A stretch of DNA of 64,000 bases from Chloroflexota bacterium (GCA_965261345.1 OZ253449.1:1440001-1504000), one strand, 5' to 3'; numbered from the stretch's first letter, positions 31,246 to 41,822 are shown. Numbers and translations are program-made. The notes: generated by a model from the letters alone, not told the origin.

Positions 31246-33342
31246 TCACCCAAAAACCGTATCCTGCCGGCCCGGGATCGCCAGGTTCTGGATCCGCCGG
31301 TCTTGGGCGGCCCCGGTTTCGGCGGATCCAAAGCCGGTTACGGCGAAAAAGCGGCCCAAGTATTCTGCCAACGCGTCCTGCTCGGTTCCGGGATTTGCGA
31401 ATCTGGCAAACCCAGGGCTCACCAGGACTGCTCGGTCGATGACCATATTGCCGTTGGTATCGGGAAATTGCGGCACCGGCGCATTCGGCTGGATTGCCTC
31501 GCCCGACAGATCAACGCGGCCGGGCGCGGGGCGCGGGAACGGATAGCCGTCGCCGCCGTTGGCCAAAAAATTGAGCGTGACCAGCTTGATCGCTCGCGCC
31601 GGATCACCGACCAGGTTGCCCGACTCCACCAGGCGGTCGACCACTTTTCCGGAGATGTCTACGACCGCGAGCGATCGGATCCGGCCCCCGGGCGCCAGGT
31701 TGGGGTCGAAACTGAACCGGATCCCGCCAACCTGCGGGAACTGCCCGGCGGCAACCAGCCCTACTCCATCGAACCCGATTGCGTGCTCGAGGATTTCAAC
31801 CAGCTGCCGGGCGGTTACGGGCACGATGACCAGCCCGTTGTTGAACCGCAGGGTGCTTTCGATGTGAAACTGCGAAACATCCCCTGGCCTGGTCCCGGCT
31901 TGGCGATTGGCCGGTGGCGCGAAAAACTCAACCAGGTCCGGGTCGATCGTTCCGGGCGGCTGGACGACCATTCCGATTTCGCCGCGGATTCCACCGGCGT
32001 TTTTCAGTGAGACTGAAACTTCGGGATCAACCTGCCGGGCCTGCCAGAGGTTGGCGTCCGCGGTCAGGTCGCCAAGGTTGGTCTCCTCGGTGCGCACCGC
32101 CGCGCGCCGGCCAGCAAGATACACGCCGGTCCTCCCCAGGACGTTGCCGCCACGATCGGCCAGCACCGCCTTGAGCGCGGAGGCGATCCGGCTAACTTCC
32201 GGGTTCGGCAAAAATTGCAGCGATTGGCCGGTCGGCCGGTCGGTTGCGTAAGCTCCGCTTTCGTTGGGATCAACGCTGCCTAAGATCACCAGTCCGCGGT
32301 GATCAAAGTCGACCACCAGTCGCCCCAGATAGCGGTAGTCGCCATCGGTATTAACTAGCAGCAACGGATCCCCCGAGGCGGATCGCAGCCGCAGCGGGTA
32401 ATCGCCGTAGGCGCGGTCGCCAGGCCACAACCGGTCGCCCTCATCGGCCAGGACGGCGTTTGAACCACCGGCCACGATGATGTCGACGTCCTCCAGCCGG
32501 GCGGCCAGATCCCGTTCGATTTCAATCTGCTGTAGGTGGGCGAGCAGGACGACCTTGTCAATGCCCGCGTCCACGAGCTGGTCAACCGACCGCTGCACGA
32601 TTTCCGCCAGCGCGTCTACATCGGTGGCATTGGCCGGCGCAACTGCGATCCCGCCGCCGCTGGCGATGCTGTGAAGGTGCGGGGTGGTCGCCCCGACCAC
32701 GCCGACCCGCTGGCCTCCAGTGGTGATAACTACGCTTCCGGCCAGGCTGCCGTTTGCCAGCGGAGCCACCAGGGCATCCGCTGCCACCAGGGGGGCGAGA
32801 TTGTCATCGCCAGTAAATATCAGGTTGCTGGCAAGGTAGGGGAAGTCGGCTCCGGGATAGGTTGCATCGTCGCTTACAGCGGGGGCGATGATGGATGCAA
32901 ACGTGCCGGTTCCAAGATCCAATTCGTTATTACCCAGCGCCGATGCCTGGAAGCCCATCGCGTTGAGCAGTGCGATGTCGCCGCGACCGATTCCGGCCAC
33001 TCCGAGTGCCTGGTCATTGGACGAGTCGGCGGCGGCATAGAACCTTGGTCCGGGGATGAAGTTGTCACCCGAACTTACGACCAGAGTGTTCTCGGGGTAC
33101 TGATCACGAAATCCTTCCAGCAGACCGGAAAAATCCTCCACGTTCTCTAGCGCCCCGCCCGAACCTTCCAGGTCGGAAGCGTGGAGCAATTGGAGTGTAA
33201 AAGTCGATTTGGCGGCCGGCCCAAAATCACCGAGCAGCGGTTCCCCGGCCGACCATCGGCCCAGCGCGACCAGCGTGACAACCGCAATAGCGAACGCAAG
33301 CGCCTGGTAGATTGCCGCCTTTCGGCGCCCATTTCGGACCAT
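31246..33342 (-). CDS. Bifunctional metallophosphoesterase / 5'-nucleotidase, secreted or membrane-anchored
   Basis: LQLLHASDLEG, SSGDNF, GNNE(sic)LDLG, LLAHL, VRTEETNLGDLTADA, KNAGGIR, FLANGGDGY; N-terminal hydrophobic helix. Confidence 0.9.
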   Translation of the reverse strand: MVRNGRRKAAIYQALAFAIAVVTLVALGRWSAGEPLLGDFGPAAKSTFTLQLLHASDLEGSGGALENVEDFSGLLEGFRDQYPENTLVVSSGDNFIPGPRFYAAADSSNDQALGVAGIGRGDIALLNAMGFQASALGNNELDLGTGTFASIIAPAVSDDATYPGADFPYLASNLIFTGDDNLAPLVAADALVAPLANGSLAGSVVITTGGQRVGVVGATTPHLHSIASGGGIAVAPANATDVDALAEIVQRSVDQLVDAGIDKVVLLAHLQQIEIERDLAARLEDVDIIVAGGSNAVLADEGDRLWPGDRAYGDYPLRLRSASGDPLLLVNTDGDYRYLGRLVVDFDHRGLVILGSVDPNESGAYATDRPTGQSLQFLPNPEVSRIASALKAVLADRGGNVLGRTGVYLAGRRAAVRTEETNLGDLTADANLWQARQVDPEVSVSLKNAGGIRGEIGMVVQPPGTIDPDLVEFFAPPANRQAGTRPGDVSQFHIESTLRFNNGLVIVPVTARQLVEILEHAIGFDGVGLVAAGQFPQVGGIRFSFDPNLAPGGRIRSLAVVDISGKVVDRLVESGNLVGDPARAIKLVTLNFLANGGDGYPFPRPAPGRVDLSGEAIQPNAPVPQFPDTNGNMVIDRAVLVSPGFARFANPGTEQDALAEYLGRFFAVTGFGSAETGAAQDRRIQNLAIPGRQDTVFG

Positions 33343-33975
33343 GTTGGCTTCCCTATCTGGGCCCTCTGGCCGGCATCACCAGCAGCCCATGGATGCCCTC
33401 CTGCGGCTCCGCCGTTGAGAGCAGATCAGCGGCGGCAGGTCTGGGATCGATCGGAGCCATGCTGCCAGTTGGCCGGTGCCATGCGGTCACCTGCGCGCCG
33501 CCGGGGGAAGGCCTGGAGCGATCTGTGATGCGGCTTTTTGGTCGGGGGTCTGGATTTAGCAACGCCGGAGTCGGCTGGGCCATACTGACCAATCTCCGAT
33601 AGAGCCTACGAGTGATACCTCTGGCCCGTCCTCTATTTAAAGTACCCAATCCCGTCGTAATTTCCAGTATTTATACGAAGGCTGGGGCGGTTGACCGGCA
33701 CGGCAGCAACGGCGGGGCCACATCAACATGATCTACCCCGTCCGCCCCCGTAGCGTGAAAGTCCGCACCTGAGATGAAGGCCCCGGTTCTACGATGGACC
33801 GGAATCCACGTGGGGCTCCTGACCTTTGCCACCGTTGCAACAGCTTGTGGCGGAGTACTTTGCCCCCGAAGGTGTGGCAGATTCGGCCCCGACCCCGGAT
33901 GACTGTCCTATCCCGGGGTGCCGAGAGTGCAGATGTCGCTCTCAACCGGCGGGTTCGCAGTACCGTACGTTCGGG

Positions 33976-34059
33976 TGGGGAAGGAGGGACTCGAACCCTC
34001 ACGGGTATAAACCCACGTGATCCTAAGTCACGCTCGTCTGCCAATTCCGACACTTCCCC
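33976..34059 (-). tRNA. tRNA-Leu (TAG)
   Basis: GGGGAAG/CTTCCCC acceptor stem, anticodon arm CGTGA-CTTAGGA-TCACG, long variable arm, GGTTCGAGTCC. Confidence 0.96.
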
Positions 34060-34065
34060 CGCGGG

Positions 34066-34117
34066 GCGCTCACGCGTCGTAACGCCAACCGATGGGACTG
34101 GCGCGACGCGCGAGCGC
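34066..34117. terminator. Long hairpin downstream of sodA
   Basis: GCGCTCACGCGTCG...CGACGCGCGAGCGC inverted repeat. Confidence 0.5.
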
Positions 34118-34125
34118 GGAAATGG

Positions 34126-34740
<615 letters not shown>

Positions 34741-34889
34741 GCGTTTACCGCTTTCGGAAGGGTTGACCGGCAAAGCTTTCGATTGGCGCCGTCAATCGAC
34801 CGGGCGGTGGCGCGAAGGGCCGTTGGGCCTAACGCCAGCGCGCCGACGGGCGCTGGCAAGAAATGTCTAGCCAGGTTCATCAGTTACAA

Positions 34890-34911
34890 GCAAATGATAA
34901 ATCTCAATTGC
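34890..34911. promoter_or_regulatory. AT-rich dyad between divergent sodA and cupin genes, candidate operator
   Basis: GCAAATGATAAATCTCAATTGC, 16 of 22 positions dyad-symmetric. Confidence 0.4.
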
Positions 34912-35000
34912 CTACCCAGCGCCCAAGATACTTCTAGTTGGACCGTTAGCACCGGGCGCCCGCCCGCGTGATTTTTTCGATTAATGAGAGATTTACGGCG

Positions 35001-35450
35001 ATGAGTGAAATTGACGATTGCATTTCGCATGTTGATGCGATTGCCCCGTTCCCCTACCAACAACCAACCGAATACGGCGGTCGTGGCAGCTATATCGGGA
35101 TTTCGCGGGCAACCGGGGGAAAGCTACTCGAGGTTGACATCGCAGTCATATCGCCGGGCGACCGCCTCAGCTTTTCGCACTGGCACACCGCTCGCGAAGA
35201 GACCTTCTACGTTCTCAAGGGCAGCCCCACCGTGGTAATCGACGGGGCGGCGCACCAGTTGCGGGTCGGCTCGGTGGTCACCCGGCCAGCCGGGTCCGGC
35301 GTGAGCCATCATTTCGTCAACTGTGGCAGCGAGGACATGTGGATCCTGGGAGTAAATAACGTTCCGGGCAAAGACGTCCTCGACGAGGTGTACCGAACGG
35401 AAGCGGGCTTGGCCTACAACATGAAGACCCAGTCCGAACGTCCGATATAA
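35001..35450 (+). CDS. Cupin domain protein
   Basis: HWHTAREETFYVLKG and PAGSGVSHHFVN cupin motifs. Confidence 0.88.
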   Translation: MSEIDDCISHVDAIAPFPYQQPTEYGGRGSYIGISRATGGKLLEVDIAVISPGDRLSFSHWHTAREETFYVLKGSPTVVIDGAAHQLRVGSVVTRPAGSGVSHHFVNCGSEDMWILGVNNVPGKDVLDEVYRTEAGLAYNMKTQSERPI

Positions 35451-35588
35451 ATTTGGCGGCCGGATGATCGAAAATTTCCCATTCGTGAGCGGAAGCAGCC
35501 GGCCGCCAGACCTTGAAATTGCACCATACGAACGACTGGGTCCGGTGGGTCCGCGCGGCCAAATGAAATTACAGCAGAAAGTGCCCAG

Positions 35589-36386
35589 ATGGGAAAAATA
35601 AACGTGCCGGCCTTACTTCGAGTGGCAATCGCCATGGTGGCGATCATGGTGGTGGCGGTATTGATCTTCGTTTTCGTCCAGCAGCGGACGACCGAACCGA
35701 CCGTCGATCCGGTCGAAATCGGGGCCACCCCGACCGACCTGGCCCAGCTCGACCGTTTCGGGATAACCGTTCAGGGCGACGCCGAGCGTTCGGTCGAACC
35801 CGATCACGCGGTAGTTAGCCTGGGCGTGGAAGCGGTCGGCGATTCCTCCAATGAGGCCACAACCCAGCTGGGCATCATCTCCAACCAGATCGTCGACGCG
35901 GTCAGCGCCGCCGGGGTCGCCGATGCCGACATCCAGACCAGCGGGCTCTCACTGTGGCCGGTCTACGGCGATACCAGCCAGGTCCAGCAGGCCACGATTC
36001 TGGGATATCGAGCCAGTGCCAACTACAAGATCACGGTTCGCGAAATCGACAATGTGGCCGCGGTGGTTGACGCTGGGCTGGAGGCCGGCGCCAACTCGAT
36101 TGAGGGAATTGCCTTCGATTCGACCGAGATCGAGTCGGTGCGCGAGGAACTCCTCGGTGAGGCCTCCCGCGAATCGGCGCGCAAGGCCGAATCGATCGCC
36201 CTGGCCCTGGGCGGCGACCTGGGCGGATTGATCTGGCTGGAGGAGCAGTACTACTCCCAGCCGATTGCGGCCCGCGGCGGCCAGTTCGAAATTGCCGCCG
36301 CTTCCGCGGCCGGCCCGGCGGTGGCCGCCGGAACCCTAACCGTTACGGTCCAGGTGCGGGCAAACTTCTCCTTCGAGCGGGGCTGA
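35589..36386 (+). CDS. SIMPL (DUF541/BP26) domain protein, membrane-anchored
   Basis: ITVQGDAERSVEPD.A.VSLGVE, DIQTS.LSL.PVY, GYRASA, AGANSI.GI.F. Confidence 0.9.
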   Translation: MGKINVPALLRVAIAMVAIMVVAVLIFVFVQQRTTEPTVDPVEIGATPTDLAQLDRFGITVQGDAERSVEPDHAVVSLGVEAVGDSSNEATTQLGIISNQIVDAVSAAGVADADIQTSGLSLWPVYGDTSQVQQATILGYRASANYKITVREIDNVAAVVDAGLEAGANSIEGIAFDSTEIESVREELLGEASRESARKAESIALALGGDLGGLIWLEEQYYSQPIAARGGQFEIAAASAAGPAVAAGTLTVTVQVRANFSFERG

Positions 36387-36415
36387 CCGGGCGAATCAAT
36401 GCGGGCGGCTAAGCG

Positions 36416-37072
36416 ATGAACGGTGGCGATAATTTCGCGGTTCTGGGACTGGGCCGCTTCGGCTCTAACCTGGCGCTAGACCTGGCCCGGATGGGGCATG
36501 AGGTGCTGGCGGTCGACAACGACGAGGCCAAGCTGCACGCGGTGGTCGATTTGGTCGACCACGCCGCCCAAGCCGACATCACCGACGAGGCGTCGCTGCG
36601 CGAGCTCGGGGTCGCCGATTACTCCTGTGCCTGCGTGGCGGTCACCGACCTGCAGACCTCGATCCTCTGCGTGATGCAGCTCAAGCGGCTCGGGGTGCGC
36701 CGGATCCACTGCAAGGTCCGCAACGACCTGCACCGCGAGATCCTCGAGCACCTTGGAGCTGACCAGGTGGTCTTCCCCGAGCAACAGATGGCCTCGCAGG
36801 TGGCCCGCGATCTGGGCACTCCGTCGGTCTCGGAATACCTAGAGGTGATCGGCCCGTTCGGGATCGGCCAGATCCAGGCGCCGTCCGGGTATATCGGCCG
36901 CAGCCTGGCCGAGATCGACCTGCGTACCAAGCTGGACCTGGTGGTCCTGCTCATCCGGCGCGGTTCGCGGGTGATCTTACAACCCGAGATGGACGAGGTA
37001 ATCCACGAGGACGATGTCCTGGTGGTGGCCGGGCGCCAGGTCCAGATGGGAAGCATCGGGCGCGACCTCTAG
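36416..37072 (+). CDS. TrkA/KtrA potassium uptake regulatory subunit
   Basis: FAVLGLGRFG, LGADQVVFPE, C-terminal TrkA_C domain. Confidence 0.93.
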   Translation: MNGGDNFAVLGLGRFGSNLALDLARMGHEVLAVDNDEAKLHAVVDLVDHAAQADITDEASLRELGVADYSCACVAVTDLQTSILCVMQLKRLGVRRIHCKVRNDLHREILEHLGADQVVFPEQQMASQVARDLGTPSVSEYLEVIGPFGIGQIQAPSGYIGRSLAEIDLRTKLDLVVLLIRRGSRVILQPEMDEVIHEDDVLVVAGRQVQMGSIGRDL

Positions 37073-37212
37073 CCGACCGGCAGCCCCGGTTCGACCCGCC
37101 GCCGGGGTGATCGGTTCGAATCGACCGCTTTTGATTGGTGGCCGATCCGACCCGCCACCGGAAACTGGACTTGCGCAATTTGCAAGCTGTGGCATCTGAG
37201 AGGAAATCAGCG

Positions 37213-38097
37213 ATGAACATTGGATTCGTGGGACTGGGGCTGATGGGCCTGGCAATGGCCCGCAACGTAATTAAGGGTGGGCACCGGGTGACCGGTTACG
37301 ACCCGCTGGACGCGGCCCTGACCCGACTTGCGGAAGCCGGCGGGCGGGCCGCCGCCAGTCCGGCCGCGGTCGGAGCGGAATCAGAAATCGTGGTGGTGAT
37401 GGTCCCCAACGACAATGATGTCCGCGGATCGGTGCTCGGTCCCAACGGAATCGCCGCCGGTCTACCCGCCGGCGGGCAGGTCCTGGTGATGAGCACCATA
37501 TCGCCGACGTGTACCCAGGAAGTCGGCGCGGCGGTGATCGAGCGCGGCCTCGCCTATCTGGAGGCCCCGGTAACTCGTTCCTCGCAGCACGCGATCGACG
37601 GTGAGCTGGGACTACTGGCGGGCGGCAGCGCCGACGACCTCAAGCGCGCCCGCCCGATCCTGGACCTGATGGGCTCAGACATTACCCACTGCGGGCCAAT
37701 CGGGACCGGGGCGGCGATGAAGCTCGTCAACAACATGCTCGCCGGCACGATCGGGGCGGCGGTGGCCGAGTCCTTCGTGCTGGGCGCCAAGGCCGGGCTC
37801 ACCATGGATACGATGCTCTCGGTTCTAACCGGTACCGCCGCCAACTGCGCCGCGCTGGCTGGGATCAAGCGGACCATCGATCTGGGGCGCACCTTCAAGC
37901 CCGGATTCAAGGTAGCCCTACAGCACAAGGACCTGCGCCTGGCCACGACCTGGGCATCGGAAATCGGCGCCATCACTCCGCTGGGTTCGGGCTGCCACCA
38001 CGTGCTTTCGCTCTCGATGGCCAGCGGCAACCGCGACCTGGATTCGAGTGCCAACCTAAAGGTGTTTGAGAACGCCGCCGGAGTCCAGGTGGGCTAA
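37213..38097 (+). CDS. NAD(P)-dependent beta-hydroxyacid dehydrogenase (3-hydroxyisobutyrate/tartronate semialdehyde reductase family)
   Basis: IGFVGLGLMG, STISP, EAPVT, KLVNN, HKDL. Confidence 0.92.
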   Translation: MNIGFVGLGLMGLAMARNVIKGGHRVTGYDPLDAALTRLAEAGGRAAASPAAVGAESEIVVVMVPNDNDVRGSVLGPNGIAAGLPAGGQVLVMSTISPTCTQEVGAAVIERGLAYLEAPVTRSSQHAIDGELGLLAGGSADDLKRARPILDLMGSDITHCGPIGTGAAMKLVNNMLAGTIGAAVAESFVLGAKAGLTMDTMLSVLTGTAANCAALAGIKRTIDLGRTFKPGFKVALQHKDLRLATTWASEIGAITPLGSGCHHVLSLSMASGNRDLDSSANLKVFENAAGVQVG

Positions 38098-38237
38098 CCT
38101 CCGGCCCGGCCGCACCGGGTTTGGATTCCAACACCATCGGTTGTAACTGTCACGCTTACAATCGGGGCGCAACCACAACATATTGCGGGCGGATCTACGT
38201 AACCTGCCCGTGACGCCAGTTGTAAGCGGGCAGGGCC

Positions 38238-38579
38238 TTGATCGGCGAATCGGTACGGCTGCTGGGAATTACCCACCAAACCTTGGACCATCGGCAGTTC
38301 GAGATCGAATCGTGCGCAATGCACGATTCGGGCGGCAACTACGATCTGATGGTTTTCGAGATCTCTCGCATGCTGCCGGCCGAACAGCGCCGCTTCTTTC
38401 TGGGGGTCGGATTTCCCAAGACCTATCTGCCGGTTAACGACCAGCTGATCGAGGTGCTGGTCCAGTCCGGGCTCAACCAGATCCGCCGCCAGCTCGACCG
38501 CGGCTGTGAGGAGTCCGATCACGTTTTCGAGCCGTTCAATTACGGAATGGCCCTGCCGCGCGCCCACCGCGGGTCTTAA
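38238..38579 (+). CDS. Hypothetical protein
   Basis: 113-aa ORF with GC3-biased codons; no motif recognised. Confidence 0.6.
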   Translation: MIGESVRLLGITHQTLDHRQFEIESCAMHDSGGNYDLMVFEISRMLPAEQRRFFLGVGFPKTYLPVNDQLIEVLVQSGLNQIRRQLDRGCEESDHVFEPFNYGMALPRAHRGS

Positions 38580-38708
38580 ATAAGCGGACCGCAACCGGCC
38601 GATCGCGCGGCCGCATTGCCGCTCGGCGCTTAAGTTGGCTAATTGCCACGCGCGGCGCGATTATCTTGGCAGAGGGTTGGCGATGCTAGCCGGCTGGAGG
38701 ATTAGCAG

Positions 38709-38996
38709 ATGGTAAGCAAGCAATTCCAGTTTTTCTGGGAGTTGGTCGGCGCCAAGCGCGCCGAAGTATCCGATTTGGAGGCGGCGCTTAGCGTCTGCCA
38801 GAAGGATCAGCTGGAGGCGTGGTTCGAATTTATGGCGATGGGTCATCCGGAGGCGACCGACCAGGATCGGCAGCGGGCGGAAGAGCTCCTGCAAGCGGCC
38901 GAAGACCGGCTCGCCCGGGCCGGCGACGATCTAGGCGAGGCGGGCCGCCGCCTGGTGATATTTGAGGACTACCTGCGGCAGTGCTCGCCGGCGTGA
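38709..38996 (+). CDS. Hypothetical alpha-helical/coiled-coil protein
   Basis: SD GGAGG before ATG; 95 aa with heptad-like pattern. Confidence 0.7.
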   Translation: MVSKQFQFFWELVGAKRAEVSDLEAALSVCQKDQLEAWFEFMAMGHPEATDQDRQRAEELLQAAEDRLARAGDDLGEAGRRLVIFEDYLRQCSPA

Positions 38997-39018
38997 TTCG
39001 CCCAGCTTAAATTGTTAA

Positions 39019-39036
39019 AACAGGTGTAAACCTGTT
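39019..39036. promoter_or_regulatory. Palindromic candidate operator upstream of the iron ABC operon
   Basis: AACAGGT-GTAA-ACCTGTT inside an AT-rich promoter stretch. Confidence 0.45.
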
Positions 39037-39117
39037 AAATTATCTCGGCAGCGGTTTTGCGGGCAGATGTTGCTCGCCCGCCGCGGTAGGCAGGAAAGCC
39101 AACTGAGAGCGGACAAA

Positions 39118-40221
39118 ATGCCGGGACGCGTCACTGGGATCATGAGCCGCCGCCGGGCGTTGCGAGCCGGACTGGCCGGGGCGGTCGGAATCCTGCTCTC
39201 AGCTTGCGGTGACGACGGCAAGGCGCCGCCGGCACCCGCCGCCGAGGCGACGGTAGCAGCCGGCGCAACCACCCCGCTGCTGGCCAGCGAACCGCCGCCA
39301 CGCCTGCTTCTCTACGCCGGGCGTTCCGAGGAGCTGGTTGGCCCCTTGCTGGAACGGGCCGAAGCGGCCATCGGGGTCGGTATCGATGTCCGCTACGGAT
39401 CATCGGCGGGCCAGGCCGCGGCCATCCTGGAAGAAGGCGAGGCATCGCCGGCCGACCTGTTTATTTCCCAGGACGCCGGATCAATCGGCGCGCTGCAGAA
39501 GGCCGGGCGGCTCGCCGACCTTGATCCGTCCATCCTCGAGCAGGTCGAGTCGCGCTTTAGATCACCGGCCGGCCAGTGGGTGGGGCTCGCGGGGCGCGCC
39601 CGGGTATTTGTCTACAACAATGAAGCAATCGACGCCGCTGATCTGCCGCGCTCGGTCTTTGACCTGTCCGATCCGATCTGGCGGGGGCGCGTCGGCTGGG
39701 CGCCGGGCAACGGCTCGTTCCAGGCGTTTGTCTCGGCGATGCGGCATGTCGCCGGGGAAACGGCGACGGTCGACTGGCTCTCTGCCATGGATGCCAACGA
39801 CGCGCGCGTCTTTCCCAAAAACTCATCGATAGTGGAGGCCATCTGCCTGGGTGAAATCGACGGCGGACTGGTAAATCACTACTATCTGTTGCGCCGCCTG
39901 GCAACCGAACCGGACCTGCCCTGCGCCAACCACTTCTTTGAGCCCGGTGACCTTGGCAACCTGATCAACGTAGCCTGCGCCGCGGTGGTCGGTGGGTCAG
40001 CGAACGCCGCCAATGCGCAAAAATTAATCGAGTTTCTGCTCTCTACCGATGCGCAAACCTATTTCCGCAACGAGACTTTCGAGTACCCGCTCGCTGCCGG
40101 GGTGCAACCGTTCCCCGGTCTGCCGCCGCTGGCCGAAGTCGAGGGCCCGACCCTCGATCTGGGCCAGATGGATGACCTGGAGGGGACCTTAACCCTGCTC
40201 GAATCGGCCGGGGTGTTGTAA
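39118..40221 (+). CDS. Fe(III) ABC transporter substrate-binding lipoprotein (FbpA/FutA-like), Tat-like signal
   Basis: SRRRAL...LLSAC, YAGRSE, SPADLF, NGSFQ, NHYY iron-binding tyrosines, FEYP. Confidence 0.9.
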   Translation: MPGRVTGIMSRRRALRAGLAGAVGILLSACGDDGKAPPAPAAEATVAAGATTPLLASEPPPRLLLYAGRSEELVGPLLERAEAAIGVGIDVRYGSSAGQAAAILEEGEASPADLFISQDAGSIGALQKAGRLADLDPSILEQVESRFRSPAGQWVGLAGRARVFVYNNEAIDAADLPRSVFDLSDPIWRGRVGWAPGNGSFQAFVSAMRHVAGETATVDWLSAMDANDARVFPKNSSIVEAICLGEIDGGLVNHYYLLRRLATEPDLPCANHFFEPGDLGNLINVACAAVVGGSANAANAQKLIEFLLSTDAQTYFRNETFEYPLAAGVQPFPGLPPLAEVEGPTLDLGQMDDLEGTLTLLESAGVL

Positions 40222-40256
40222 CTGGCCGGCCGCTCCGCCCCGGTTAGCCCGGGTAA

Positions 40257-41822
40257 TTGCTGAGCGTGACGCGCCGCTTTCGACTGGCGCGACTGCCGCT
40301 GCTGGCGGTAATCGCGGTCCTGTTAACGCCCCTCGGCTACCTCCTCCTTAGGGCCTTGGCTTCTGGCGCCGGTGGAGCGGCTCTGCTCCGCCCGCGCACT
40401 CTGGATCTACTAGTCGACACCGCCCTGCTGACCCTGCTGGTTGCCGCCCTCTCCGGGGCGATAGGCCTCCTGCTGGCCTGGCTGATCGGCCGCGCCGACC
40501 TGCGCTGGCGGCAGCTGTGGTTGGTATTGCTCACCGTCCCGGTGGTAATCCCGAGCTACGTGAGCGCGTTCTCGCTGATCGCGCTCACCTCACCACGCGG
40601 GGTGGCCCAGACCCTGCTCGGGCCGCTGTTTTCAGTCGACCAGCTACCGTCGATCTACGGACTGCCGGGCGCGGTGATCGCGCTCACCTCGATCTGCTAT
40701 CCGTTCGTGCTGCTCCCGGCGCTGGCCGCCTTTCATCGCTGCGACGTTCAGCTCGAGGACGCCGCCCGGGTCCTTGGCAGCGGGCCGGTCAACATCTTTC
40801 GACGGGTGGTCTTTCCGGCGGTGGTTCCCAGCGCCGCGGCCGGCGCGTTGATCGTGGCGCTGTATGCGATCGGAGATTTTGGGGCGGTCTCGCTGCTGGA
40901 CTACGATTCGATCGCCTCGGCCATCTACGCCCGCTACGAATATTCACTGGATCGGTCGGCGGCGGCCTGGTATTCGCTGCTGCTGGTCCTGGGGGCACTG
41001 GCGCTGGTCCTGCTGGAACGCGCCCGCCGCCCGCCGCCCGCCGGTTGGGACGCCCGCGCCGACCTGGCGCCGCCGCGCTACGTCGATCTTGGGCGCTGGC
41101 AGGCTCCGGCCTATGGATTTATGGGGGCGACCGTGCTGGTGGCCTTCGGGCTGCCGCTGAGCATGCTGGTCTACTGGGCAATTTCGGGAGCCAGCGCCGG
41201 GGTCGACATCCTGGCCCTGGCCCGCCTGGCGGCGGGTTCGCTGGCGGTCGCCCTGGCCGCCGCGGTCGCCTGCGCGATATTTGCCGGTCCGCTGGCCTGG
41301 CTCTGCCAGCGCCGGCCCGGTCCCTTGACCAGGGCGATCGAAACCGCCGCCGCGATCAACTACGCGATTCCGGGAATCGCCCTGGGGCTCGCCCTGGTGC
41401 TGCTGGCCAGCCGCGCCCTGCCCTTGGTCTACCAGTCTTTCTACCTGCTTGTATTCGCCTACGTGCTGCACAGCCTGCCGCTGGCGCTGGGTTCGCTGCG
41501 CACCAGCCTAAACCAGGTCGGCGAACAGCTCGAAGACGCCGCCCGGGTCCTGGGGCGCTCGCTGCCCATGGCGATCTGGCGGGTCACCCTGCCGCTGGTG
41601 CGACCGGGGCTGTTCGCCGGAGCGGGGCTGGTTTTTTTAGCCACCAGCAAGGAGCTGCCGATCACCCTGCTGCTGCGCCCGACCGGCTTTAAGACCCTGG
41701 CGATCGAGGTCTGGTCGGCCGCCGACGCCGGGGTCCTGGGTGCAGCCGGGTTGGCCGGACTACTACTACTACTACTTGCCCTCCCGCAGGTCGCGCTGCT
41801 GCTGTCGGGACTTCGGCGATGA
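40257..41822 (+). CDS. Fe(III) ABC transporter permease (FbpB-like)
   Basis: Two [12 protein letters not shown] loops, [16 protein letters not shown]. Confidence 0.92.
   Translation: MLSVTRRFRLARLPLLAVIAVLLTPLGYLLLRALASGAGGAALLRPRTLDLLVDTALLTLLVAALSGAIGLLLAWLIGRADLRWRQLWLVLLTVPVVIPSYVSAFSLIALTSPRGVAQTLLGPLFSVDQLPSIYGLPGAVIALTSICYPFVLLPALAAFHRCDVQLEDAARVLGSGPVNIFRRVVFPAVVPSAAAGALIVALYAIGDFGAVSLLDYDSIASAIYARYEYSLDRSAAAWYSLLLVLGALALVLLERARRPPPAGWDARADLAPPRYVDLGRWQAPAYGFMGATVLVAFGLPLSMLVYWAISGASAGVDILALARLAAGSLAVALAAAVACAIFAGPLAWLCQRRPGPLTRAIETAAAINYAIPGIALGLALVLLASRALPLVYQSFYLLVFAYVLHSLPLALGSLRTSLNQVGEQLEDAARVLGRSLPMAIWRVTLPLVRPGLFAGAGLVFLATSKELPITLLLRPTGFKTLAIEVWSAADAGVLGAAGLAGLLLLLLALPQVALLLSGLRR

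Noticed and set aside
33343-33975. ORFs and a possible integrase remnant between the nucleotidase and tRNA-Leu
   Set aside because: No recombinase catalytic motifs or convincing coding signal
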